A DNA stretch of 20,123 bases. It comes from an uncultured bacterium (lineage in GTDB: Bacteria > T1Sed10-126). The stretch is from NCBI GenBank assembly GCA_964566495.1, contig CAZMIT010000023.1:1-20123 (forward strand), written 5' to 3'. A program made the position numbers and the translations under genes. This document shows, in pieces, positions 8,275 to 16,853 of the stretch (the stretch's first letter is position 1; the number at the start of each line of letters is the position of its first letter). Below the pieces are notes generated by a model. That model was not told the DNA's origin. It made no database searches and saw nothing but the letters and a program-made list of their open reading frames with translations.

Positions 8275-8982
8275 GTGAGTAGTAGCTACGGTCCTGATCA
8301 TTGGAAGAAAATTATTCAAGAAGTGGAGGATATTGTTGTTGAGGCGGGAAGAATTCCGGCCGAAATAAAGATAATCCCCGTCACTAAAGGATTTGACGTT
8401 GATTTAATTCGTCGAGCCTATCGATTCGGCTTTGATGTTTTTGGAGAAAATCGCGTTGGGGAATATCTGGCTAAAAAAGAGGAACTTAAGCCAGAGCTTG
8501 TTGAAGAGGTTGAATGGCACATGATTGGGCATCTACAGTCCAATAAAGTGCGAAAAATAGTTGGTGAATTTGATTTAATTCACAGCTATGATCGTCAATC
8601 GTTGCTGAAAGAATTCCGCAAGCGACTCAAGCGAGCCGGTAGACGTCAGAGAGTTCTGCTTCAGGTTAACGTTAGCGGCGAAGAGTCCAAATACGGGCTA
8701 TCGCCTGAGGAAGCGCCGGCTTTGCTGGAGCAGACCCTAAAAGTTGACTTACTTGTGGTCGAGGGCTTGATGACAATGGCCCCCTGGACGGAGGATGAGG
8801 CTGTTTTAAGGAAAACTTTTGCTGACTGTCGGAAGCTGCGTGACGAGCTTGAACAGCAGTTCAACATTGCTCTGCCCGAGTTGTCGATGGGAATGACAAA
8901 CGACTATAAAATTGCGATAGAGGAGGGGGCCACCATGTTGCGGCTGGGCCGCGCGCTGTTTGGTGAACGCCCCCAGACATAG
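8275..8982 (+). CDS. yggS: Pyridoxal phosphate homeostasis protein YggS
   Basis: PVTK (PLP lysine), FGENRV, WHMIGHLQSNK, QVNVSGEESKYG, GLMTM, LSMGMTNDY, EGATMLRLG. Confidence 0.96.
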   Translation: MSSSYGPDHWKKIIQEVEDIVVEAGRIPAEIKIIPVTKGFDVDLIRRAYRFGFDVFGENRVGEYLAKKEELKPELVEEVEWHMIGHLQSNKVRKIVGEFDLIHSYDRQSLLKEFRKRLKRAGRRQRVLLQVNVSGEESKYGLSPEEAPALLEQTLKVDLLVVEGLMTMAPWTEDEAVLRKTFADCRKLRDELEQQFNIALPELSMGMTNDYKIAIEEGATMLRLGRALFGERPQT

Positions 8983-9037
8983 AACAAAGGTATAAAAGAA
9001 GAGCGTAATAAAATTTTACCGGGGAGGATTATCAGAC

Positions 9038-9871
9038 ATGAGTGACAAAGAAAAAATGGGTATCATTGGAGCCGGCAACATGGGGGAGGCTATAGCAGCC
9101 GGTCTGCAGGAAGACGCTGAGCAACTGATTGATCTAATCGTCTTTGACATCGACAACGTAAAGTTAGAGGAAGTCGCTGTAAATTACAATCTTGAAACGG
9201 CTGATTCACTGGAAGCGCTCGTTGTAAACAGTGACTACCTGTTATTTGCTGTCAAACCGGATATAGTGGAACAAGTTGCCAAACAGGTGACAGAATATAT
9301 AGAAGGCTGGCCGGAAGCAGAAAAAATTAACGGAGTAATTTCTATTGCAGCCGGTGTGCGCACAAAGTATTTGCGGCGTTTTCTTCCGGAAGAGGTGGGA
9401 ATTGTTCGGGTCATGCCCAACACACCTCTCAGAGTTGGAGAGGGAATAAGTTTTCTGGCGATGGAGTCGGAGGATAGGCGTCCGGAACTCCTGAACTTGG
9501 CTAAAGAAATTTTTTCCGCGGTCGGCCGGGTTGAAGTGGTGGCCGAGGATAAGATGAACGCGGTCACCGCTCTTTCAGGCTCCGGTCCGGCTTATGTCTT
9601 TTACTTTCTGGAAGCGCTGAAAGAAGCCGGAGTCTACCTGGGACTGGAGGCGGAGACGGCCGAGGTGGCTGCCCTGCAGACGCTGATGGGAGCGGGGAAG
9701 TTGGCCGAGGAATCGGAGGAGGATTTTTATGCGCTTAGAGCAGCCGTCTCTTCGCCTGGCGGCACAACCGTTGAAGCGTTAAAACATCTGGAAGAAAATG
9801 GGTTGAAAGGGAAACTGCAGGAGGCTGTTAAAAAAGCAGCTTCACGTGCCGGTGAGCTGGAACAGCAGTGA
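9038..9871 (+). CDS. proC: Pyrroline-5-carboxylate reductase
   Basis: GIIGAGNMG, AVKP, SIAAG, RVMPNTP, TALSGSGPAY, SPGGTT. Confidence 0.97.
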   Translation: MSDKEKMGIIGAGNMGEAIAAGLQEDAEQLIDLIVFDIDNVKLEEVAVNYNLETADSLEALVVNSDYLLFAVKPDIVEQVAKQVTEYIEGWPEAEKINGVISIAAGVRTKYLRRFLPEEVGIVRVMPNTPLRVGEGISFLAMESEDRRPELLNLAKEIFSAVGRVEVVAEDKMNAVTALSGSGPAYVFYFLEALKEAGVYLGLEAETAEVAALQTLMGAGKLAEESEEDFYALRAAVSSPGGTTVEALKHLEENGLKGKLQEAVKKAASRAGELEQQ

Positions 9872-9886
9872 TTGTAAAACCTTAAA

Positions 9887-9984
9887 GTTCGTTTTTAGTT
9901 TTCAGTTTATAGTTTAAAGTTAAAGCAATAAACCGTGTTGCGGGTTAAAACTGGTAACTGGTAACTATAAACTGGTAACTGGAG
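9887..9984. repeat. Heptamer-periodic imperfect inverted repeat flanked by ACCTTAAA direct repeats
   Basis: Left arm GTTTTTA/GTTTTCA/GTTTATA/GTTTAAA and right arm AACTGGT/AACTGGT/AACTATA/AACTGGT/AACTGG. 9903-9914 is the exact reverse complement of 9963-9974. ACCTTAAA lies at 9879-9886 and 9985-9992. Confidence 0.7.
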
Positions 9985-10218
9985 ACCTTAAAATGGATTG
10001 CGGATCAAGTTCGCAATGACAAGTGTTGGGTCAAGACCGTTCCTGAACTTGACGTCATTCCGGCCTACAAGCCGGAATCCATCTTGAACTTGAACTTGAT
10101 TTTCGGTCTTGCGCATTTTCGCTTGCTCGCAAGCTCGCCTCTTCGAGCTTTTCCCCCTTGAAGGGGGAAAGACAAAGGGTGGTGAAAAGATGGATGGGGG
10201 TTCGGGGTCCATAATGAC
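9985..10218. repeat. REP-like palindromic mosaic, copy C
   Basis: 9985-10036 matches 2460-2512. 10054-10195 matches 2618-2760 with 3 substitutions and 1 indel. Confidence 0.92.
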
Positions 10219-10291
10219 GGAAGATCAAAACCGTGAAGATAAGGGAGACGTAAAACGATTACAAGAGAATACATAACAGGAGTTGAAATTT

Positions 10292-10765
10292 ATGCCACTT
10301 GAGCCGATTGACATTAAAAATAAAGATTTTAGCCGGTCTTTTCGGGGCTATACGCCGCGTGAGGTGAATCAGTTCCTCGACCAGGTGGCTGGCCGGCTGG
10401 AAGCCCAGAAAGAAAGTCTACATAAAACCGAGGAGGAGCTGGAAAGACTTCGAGAAGAGCGGGACAGATTACGTCAACGGGAGGAAAAACTCCAGGAATT
10501 GGTAGAGACGGCCCGTGATCTTTCTAACAAAATAGAGGAAGAGGCCCGTGCAGAAGCCAGTCGAATTAAAGAAAGAGCGCGTGAGGAGGCGGAACAAATT
10601 CGCCGTGAGGCCCTTGATGAGGCGGATCAGATCCGTGCGGAACAAGTAGACTTGAAAGCCAAAAAACGCTCCGCCCGACAGCAGCTTCTGCAGTTAGCAG
10701 ATGAAATACAAGCTTTTGTTGAGAATACTGGTGGTGTCACAGATGAACTATCGGATGAAGGTTAA
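10292..10765 (+). CDS. divIVA: DivIVA domain-containing protein
   Basis: MPLEPIDIKNKDFSRSFRGY..EVNQFLDQV N-terminal signature followed by a coiled coil. AGGAG at 10278-10282 favours ATG 10292. Confidence 0.9.
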   Translation: MPLEPIDIKNKDFSRSFRGYTPREVNQFLDQVAGRLEAQKESLHKTEEELERLREERDRLRQREEKLQELVETARDLSNKIEEEARAEASRIKERAREEAEQIRREALDEADQIRAEQVDLKAKKRSARQQLLQLADEIQAFVENTGGVTDELSDEG

Positions 10766-11012
10766 AGTAAATCCCTCGACCAGCCAGATTAAGCTTCGCT
10801 GGCGGACCGATCACCTAAAAGTTAATTTAACTGCGCCGCCCGAAGACGGCAAAGCAAATGAACAGCTAATCAGAATACTTGCGGACGAATTTCAAATATC
10901 TAAATCAGACGTTGAAATTGTTGCCGGTGAGACTGAGGAGTTTAAAACAGTAAAGATGGAGAATTTGGACCGGGAACAGTTGGTTCGTCGGTTAAACGAT
11001 TTGAAAGGATGA
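10743..11012 (+). CDS. yggU: DUF167/YggU family protein
   Basis: VKVNP, LKVNLTAPPEDGKANEQLI and V-x-IVAG...K pattern. Start is 10743 or 10755. Confidence 0.88.
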   Translation: MNYRMKVKVNPSTSQIKLRWRTDHLKVNLTAPPEDGKANEQLIRILADEFQISKSDVEIVAGETEEFKTVKMENLDREQLVRRLNDLKG

Positions 11013-11017
11013 GTTAG

Positions 11018-12733
11018 ATGGCCGAAGAAAAAAAACAGAGAATAGGTGAACTGCTTCTCCAGCAGGACGTTATTGAAGAATCTGACCTCCAGGAAGCGCT
11101 TGAGCTTCAGGAATCTTCTGAAAAAAAGCTGGGGGAGATACTACTGGACATGGGAGCTATAGGCGAGGGGGAGCTGGTTGATTTACTAAGCAAACAGACT
11201 GGTTATCCCGTAGTAAACCTGGACAGTTTTCCGATACAAAATCGAGCTGTTAAGACCCTTGATGAAAGTCAGGCGCGGCGTTACAGTGTCTTGCCTCTGA
11301 TGATCGAGGGCGAGACGTTAACCGTGGCGATGAGTGATCCGTTGGATTTGATTGCGCTTGATGACGTGGAACAGCTGACGGAATTTGAAGTTGAGCCGGT
11401 TATTTCTCGTCACTCACAGCTGGTTGATTACATTGATATGTGTTACTCGGAGGCGGAACGCCCCGGACCAAAAAGGGAGGTTAGAATTAAGAGCACCGGT
11501 CCTACGCAGGGTGAAGATATCCAGGAGAGCTTACGTCGAAAAAAACAGAAACCAGCTGTGCGAATGGTTAATAAAATAATTACTGATGCCCTCGAAAAAA
11601 ATGCCGAACATATCCATTTAAATCCACGCGATTGTTTTACCCAGGTGCTTTTGCGGATTGACGGTGTAAGTAGGCATCATACGGATCTGCCAGCTCGCCA
11701 CCACGACGCAATTGTTTCGCGTCTTAAACTCATGGCTGAGCGCTCTTCAAACGGAACTCCCGGTCAATCACACTATCAGATTATCCGTGTTGATTATGGG
11801 GATGAAAACGTTATTTTTCGGCTGCGGGAAACTGAGACCCGGTTTGGCGACAAACTTACTGTTAAAATTTGTCGTGGAAAAAATTATGAGCGCGGTCTCA
11901 TTGACCTGGGTCTTGATATGGATGACATTTCTAACCTGGAATGCTTTCTTAGTGCCCCCCGTGGTCTGATGGTTTTTTCGGGTCCTTCCGGCAGCGGAAA
12001 AACAACCTCTCTGTACGCCTCTTTACGCTTCTTTGCTGACACTCCAAACACAATAATAACGGTAGAGAATCCGATTGAATATGACCTGGGTTTCTGTACG
12101 CAGCTGGAGGTGCCCGGGGATTCTCCGGAGGAAAAGGCCGGAAAAATTTACGAAGCTCTCAAAGCAGACCCCGATATCCTGGCCGTCAGTGATATGGGGG
12201 AACCGAAAGTAGCCCGGGCAGTGCTCTACGCCGCCGCCACGGGCAGCAAGGTTATTTCAACTTATTACGCCGACAACGCTGTCGACACCTTATATCATCT
12301 GGCCAATACTTCTGGAGTTGACCGGTTTCAGCTTGCCAATTCTTTAATTGGAGTTACTGCTCAGCGCCTGGTGCGTCTGCTGGATGATAATTCTAAAACT
12401 AAATACAATCCGACTGTGAGGGAACGTGAGCGCCTGGGCCTGTCTGAGGGGACAACTGTTTATCAAGCCAACCCCCCCTCTGATAGAACATCAGGTTACA
12501 GCGGTCGTACCGGCATTTTCCAGCTTTTGCCGGTTACCGATGAATTGCGGCTATGTATTTTAAATGATGAATCATACAGCACTTATCAGGAAACTGCGGC
12601 CGAGTTAGACCCCTCGACGTTGCGAGAAAAAGGTGTTCAGAAATTACTGGCCGGTTCCACTTCTGTGGAGGAAGTGCTGCGTGCTACTTTTCGTGAAGAT
12701 TTTGTCCAATCACTCTCTTTTGGGGCAGAGTGA
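11018..12733 (+). CDS. GspE/PilB-family secretion ATPase-like protein with N-terminal MshEN domain (catalytic motifs degenerate)
   Basis: RIGELLL..LQEALELQ / KLGEILLDMG..ELVDLLSKQ, VAMSDPLD, RIDG, Walker A GPSGSGKTT, AQRLVR, GYSGRTGI, GSTSVEEVLR. Confidence 0.88.
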   Translation: MAEEKKQRIGELLLQQDVIEESDLQEALELQESSEKKLGEILLDMGAIGEGELVDLLSKQTGYPVVNLDSFPIQNRAVKTLDESQARRYSVLPLMIEGETLTVAMSDPLDLIALDDVEQLTEFEVEPVISRHSQLVDYIDMCYSEAERPGPKREVRIKSTGPTQGEDIQESLRRKKQKPAVRMVNKIITDALEKNAEHIHLNPRDCFTQVLLRIDGVSRHHTDLPARHHDAIVSRLKLMAERSSNGTPGQSHYQIIRVDYGDENVIFRLRETETRFGDKLTVKICRGKNYERGLIDLGLDMDDISNLECFLSAPRGLMVFSGPSGSGKTTSLYASLRFFADTPNTIITVENPIEYDLGFCTQLEVPGDSPEEKAGKIYEALKADPDILAVSDMGEPKVARAVLYAAATGSKVISTYYADNAVDTLYHLANTSGVDRFQLANSLIGVTAQRLVRLLDDNSKTKYNPTVRERERLGLSEGTTVYQANPPSDRTSGYSGRTGIFQLLPVTDELRLCILNDESYSTYQETAAELDPSTLREKGVQKLLAGSTSVEEVLRATFREDFVQSLSFGAE

Positions 12734-12740
12734 CTGAACT

Positions 12741-14585
12741 TTGAAGAGTCCGCAGAACTTTCGGACACTAAGCACTATTTTTTACGCCATTTGCGGTCTT
12801 CTACTACTGGTAACGATTACACTTTTAACTCTTCCCGCCTACGCTCTCGAAGAAGCTGAAGCTCTTGACGAAGCGGGAGAACTTCAAGAAGCCTATTATC
12901 GTTACCGGGAGCTTTTTGACCAACATCCAAATGACGCAGAAATTGCCCTGGGCCTGCTTCGGGTGGCAGTCGATCTGCAGCAATGGGAAATCGCCGCTCA
13001 GGCGCTGGAACGCTACGACCGCTTGAAACCCGACAGCATCGAGCTGGCGCGCCAGGGAACTCGTATGTTTTACCACCAGGATAAACTGGACACGGCTCTG
13101 CAATACGCGCAGAGTTTTCGAGAACGTGCCCCCGGAGACTGGCAACCATTTCATTTTTTAACTCGAATTCATTTTGCCCGGCGCGATTATATTAGTGCCC
13201 GTAATTCAGTAAACTCGGCTGAGCTACGGTCGCCGGACAACCCCTGGGTGAACCTCGATCGATTTCAGCTTGAGCTAAGGCTGCGTGATCGTTTTGATGA
13301 AGACGTATATGAACGACTATTGGAGATTGCAACCCACCCCAATATCTTCTGGACTATCGCAGAACTTGATGAGGTCCGGGACGATCTTGGGCTTATGCGT
13401 GAAATTCTTGAAACCGGGTTAGATTTTTTCCCGGCCGCACGACCGCCTATTTTGCGCCAGGTTTCCGAGGATCAATACCGATATTTGCTGGCCCGAATTC
13501 AACACCGTCAGGACGATGCGGAAGTGGCGCTTGAAACCCTGCAGCCAGTTGAAAATGGTCTGCAGGTTGAGTGGTTTAAGACTATGCTAATAGAGGACGC
13601 CGACGAACGTCTCGACGAACTTTCTGACCTCCTCGCTGAAAATCCGGACAACCCCGCTTTACAGTGGTATTTTTCCCGGGGGGTCAGGCAGCTTGAGGGG
13701 CTTGAAGGAGAATTGCGTCGCCAGAGCTCTGACTATTTCTACCAGGAATATAGAAATAATTTATTTCTGAACTATCTCGAAGCCTCCCTGGCCGCTCTTA
13801 ACCGGAGTCTTGAGATGTTTCCTTTAAACCCTGAACGTCAATTTGACCTGGCGCGATTTTTTGGTGAGCGCCAGTGGGAACATTCCCAGCAGCAGGTCGC
13901 CAAGCGAGTAGAGGAACTGGGAGTGGAGCCGCCCGAACAAATAAGTGATTATCTTGAGGGACTAAGTTCGAGGCGTCCACCGGAAAATTTTCAAGCCCCG
14001 GTTGACCCGACTGTGAAACTGGCAATTAATCTTGAAGACCCTCTAACTGCACCGCCGGAAATCGAAGATATTGTGGCCTCGATGTTTCGCCAGCTATTCC
14101 ATCATTATCCGGTTTTTGACCTGGCGGAAGTTATAGTTGAAGATATGAACTCCGCCGAGTTACGAAGCGAGGTCCGTGAACCGGACCTGGACGGGGCTCT
14201 GCATCTTAGTATACGAGAGTGGGACGATGAAATTCTTGCTGAACTTACCATGTATTTTCCGGGCGAAGAGAGCGAAACTTTTATTTTTTATGACGGCGGC
14301 CAGCGAAGACTCTGGCGACTGCTGGATTTTTCACTCACTAACTTTCGTGATCACTGGCCCTGGCGGGGGCGGGTCTTTGCGGTTCGTGAAAGCGGTGCGC
14401 TGATCAATCTTGGTAGAATCCATGGGCTGACCGAGGGCGACCTATTTGAGCTGGCTGATCGTGAATTTCCGGTCGCGGAGGCTCAAGAACAGTGGCTGGA
14501 ACTGGAATTCCCAAGTCCGGTTTATGAAGGTAGAATCCAACGAGGTTCCAGAGCTCGATTAATCGAACGAGTGGAGGTTGATTGA
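12741..14585 (+). CDS. Exported TPR-repeat protein
   Basis: Hydrophobic signal peptide ending in AYA, repeated helical units with P-x-(N/D) turns, and a C-terminal INLGRIHGLTEGD motif resembling FlgT C-terminal-type beta domains. Confidence 0.7.
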   Translation: MKSPQNFRTLSTIFYAICGLLLLVTITLLTLPAYALEEAEALDEAGELQEAYYRYRELFDQHPNDAEIALGLLRVAVDLQQWEIAAQALERYDRLKPDSIELARQGTRMFYHQDKLDTALQYAQSFRERAPGDWQPFHFLTRIHFARRDYISARNSVNSAELRSPDNPWVNLDRFQLELRLRDRFDEDVYERLLEIATHPNIFWTIAELDEVRDDLGLMREILETGLDFFPAARPPILRQVSEDQYRYLLARIQHRQDDAEVALETLQPVENGLQVEWFKTMLIEDADERLDELSDLLAENPDNPALQWYFSRGVRQLEGLEGELRRQSSDYFYQEYRNNLFLNYLEASLAALNRSLEMFPLNPERQFDLARFFGERQWEHSQQQVAKRVEELGVEPPEQISDYLEGLSSRRPPENFQAPVDPTVKLAINLEDPLTAPPEIEDIVASMFRQLFHHYPVFDLAEVIVEDMNSAELRSEVREPDLDGALHLSIREWDDEILAELTMYFPGEESETFIFYDGGQRRLWRLLDFSLTNFRDHWPWRGRVFAVRESGALINLGRIHGLTEGDLFELADREFPVAEAQEQWLELEFPSPVYEGRIQRGSRARLIERVEVD

Positions 14586-14586
14586 T

Positions 14587-15426
14587 ATGAGAACGGTAGA
14601 AAAATATGGTGAACCGTTATTTGTTATTGGAGACCCAATTGAACACACAATTTCGCCGGCCCTGCACAACCGAGCTTTTCGCGAGGCTGATCTGTTGCAC
14701 CGCTACTTTGCTCTGCAGGTGAAGAAGGGTGAGCTGGCCCGGCTGGTTGATATTCTTGAGGATTTAAATTGTCCCGGGATTAACATTACGCTGCCCCATA
14801 AGGAAAGTATCTGCTCTGTTATTTCGAATAAAAACAGTGAGGTTAAACGTCTTGCTGCCGCCAACACCGTTTACCGCCGGCGCGGTGAGTTGCGTCTTGC
14901 CAACACCGATGTATACGGTTTTTCTAAATTGGTTGCGTCCTGGGAGGAAGAGGTGCGCCAGGGTGGCGTACTGCTGTTGGGGGCCGGCGGCGCTGCCCGG
15001 GCCTGTATGTTGGCGCTTGAGCAACTGGGATGCGAACGGGTAACATTACATGACCAGGTGCGCAAGAAGGCAGAAGCGCTGCGAGAAGAGTTTAAAGAAC
15101 TACAGGTCAATGTAATTGAAAAAGATCAGCTTGTCCGGGGCGATTTTGAAGCCCGGGTTGTGGTTAACGCCACTCCGGTTGGACTTGAGGAAGATGACCC
15201 CTCTGTGCTACCTGAAAACGTAATCGAACCGGAAATGGTCGGAATTGATCTCATTTACAACCGGCGCACAAAATTTTTAGAAACTTTTGAGCGTCAAGGA
15301 GCTGCTAATCGGGGGGGACTTGATATGCTGGTGCACCAGGCCGCCCGCTCCTGGGAGTTATGGACAAACGAGTCGCCGCCGGTGGAAGCAATGTTTGAAG
15401 CGGCCCGGGAAGCGCTTGAATTGTAA
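14587..15426 (+). CDS. aroE: Shikimate dehydrogenase
   Basis: GDPIEHTISPALHN, GINITLPHK, AANT, NTD, GAGGAARA, NATPVG, DLIY, GLDMLVHQA. GGAGG RBS upstream. Alternative TTG start at 14578. Confidence 0.95.
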   Translation: MRTVEKYGEPLFVIGDPIEHTISPALHNRAFREADLLHRYFALQVKKGELARLVDILEDLNCPGINITLPHKESICSVISNKNSEVKRLAAANTVYRRRGELRLANTDVYGFSKLVASWEEEVRQGGVLLLGAGGAARACMLALEQLGCERVTLHDQVRKKAEALREEFKELQVNVIEKDQLVRGDFEARVVVNATPVGLEEDDPSVLPENVIEPEMVGIDLIYNRRTKFLETFERQGAANRGGLDMLVHQAARSWELWTNESPPVEAMFEAAREALEL

Positions 15427-16244
15427 TGATTTCGCTGCTCTTTGTAATCTTTCTATTTGGCCTCTGCCTGGGCTCTTTTCTCAACGTTTGTATTTATCGA
15501 TTGCCCCGGGAACAATCGGTTGTAGGTGGGCGCAGTTACTGCCCCGGTTGCGAACGAACTATTTCCTGGCACGATAACATTCCGCTGTTGAGTTATCTCA
15601 TTCTGCTTGGTCGCTGCCGTTATTGTGATGAAAAGATAAGTTTTCGTTACTTCATCGTTGAACTGCTCTCCGGGCTGGCTGTGACACTATCAGCTTTTTA
15701 CTGGCTCTTTCTTCCCGATAAACCTCACTGGTTTAATTTTGTCGCTTACTCCTATCTAATACTTGTCTCTCTGGCAATCTTTTTTGTTGATTTTGAATTT
15801 TCCATTATTCCTAACGAACTCAGCTACGCCCTGATAATAACCGGTTTGGCGGCCGGATTTTTCACCCATGCTCCCCTGTCAACGGGCCGTATTTCTTTTG
15901 TTCCCCAACAGTTCTGGTGGTCACTGGCCGGGTTTCTTGTCGGGGGGATAATTTTTCTTGTCCTGGCTCTCGTTTCGCCCTTGATTTATGGGCAGTCGGC
16001 TCTTGGCATGGGAGACGTGAAGTTGATCGCCGGTTACGGTGCCTGGATGGGTCCACAAGCGGCCCTGTTTATCATTATTGCCGGGTCCTTGATTGGTGCC
16101 ATTGTGGGTTCAGCTTTGATGTTTTACCGGGGCAAATCGTTGCGTAACGAAATTCCTTTTGGGCCTTTTCTCTGTCTGGCCGCCGTGTTCTACCTCTTCT
16201 GGGGAGCTGAACTGGTCTCCTGGTATGTGGGGTTATTTTCTTGA
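15426..16244 (+). CDS. pilD: Type 4 prepilin peptidase (A24)
   Basis: GSFLNVCIYRLP, RSYCPGC...GRCRYC, catalytic Asp motifs (FVD; GMGDVKL), IPFGPFL, multiple transmembrane helices. Confidence 0.96.
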   Translation: MISLLFVIFLFGLCLGSFLNVCIYRLPREQSVVGGRSYCPGCERTISWHDNIPLLSYLILLGRCRYCDEKISFRYFIVELLSGLAVTLSAFYWLFLPDKPHWFNFVAYSYLILVSLAIFFVDFEFSIIPNELSYALIITGLAAGFFTHAPLSTGRISFVPQQFWWSLAGFLVGGIIFLVLALVSPLIYGQSALGMGDVKLIAGYGAWMGPQAALFIIIAGSLIGAIVGSALMFYRGKSLRNEIPFGPFLCLAAVFYLFWGAELVSWYVGLFS

Positions 16245-16744
16245 CAGTCGAAGGCCAACGTGTTTACTTAATTGGCTTCATGGGAGCTGGTAAGACCACA
16301 GTGGCCGAGCAGCTCAGCGAGCAGACCGGCTGGCCGATTAAGGAGCTCGACAATTTAATTGAACGACGAGCCGGGAAGACAATTCCTGAAATTTTTACCC
16401 AGCAGGGCGAGATTGAATTTCGTCAACTGGAAACTGCCGAGCTTCGCCGGGTTGCTCGTCAGACTCCGCCTCTAATAATTTCCTGTGGCGGTGGTGTACC
16501 GCTTGCTGCAGAAAATAGGGAGATTATGAGACGAACCGGTCAACCCGTCTATTTATATGTTTCCCCCGAAGTTGCCTGGCAACGTGTTTCAGGCGATGAA
16601 AACCGGCCGCTGGCTCAATCGCGTCAGCAGTTTTTCGAACTATGGGAAGAGCGTGAACCACTCTACAGCCGCTTTACCACTCGGATTGATACTACCGACA
16701 AAACCCCGAAAGAAATCGCAAAAAAAATGCTTACCTTGTTATAA
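16241..16744 (+). CDS. aroK: Shikimate kinase
   Basis: LIGFMGAGKTT, IF...GE..FR..E, SCGGG, RPL, R-x-PLY. Confidence 0.95.
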   Translation: MTVEGQRVYLIGFMGAGKTTVAEQLSEQTGWPIKELDNLIERRAGKTIPEIFTQQGEIEFRQLETAELRRVARQTPPLIISCGGGVPLAAENREIMRRTGQPVYLYVSPEVAWQRVSGDENRPLAQSRQQFFELWEEREPLYSRFTTRIDTTDKTPKEIAKKMLTLL

Positions 16745-16745
16745 T
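16716..16745 (+). promoter_or_regulatory. Candidate sigma70 extended -10 promoter for the NYN-gshB-hisG-hisD unit
   Basis: TGTTATAAT at 16737-16745 (TGn + TATAAT), TCGCAA 18 nt upstream, AT-rich leader, and AAGGAG RBS before 16854. Confidence 0.45.
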
Positions 16746-16853
16746 AGTATCTTAAAATAGATGCCAATAGAAAAATTATGAGATTTTTTGCCGCGGTCAA
16801 AACAAAATAAAATTTCTGGTTAACTTTTAAATATATATGAAGGAGTTGTAACT

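Noticed and set aside
2507..10274. Similar short ORFs (2507-2770, 6830-7069, 9988-10212, 10065-10274) sharing QVQDGFRLxGRND or overlapping sequence
   Set aside because: The similarity is explained by the DNA repeat. Starts and ends are not conserved, and an indel between copies A and C shifts the frame.
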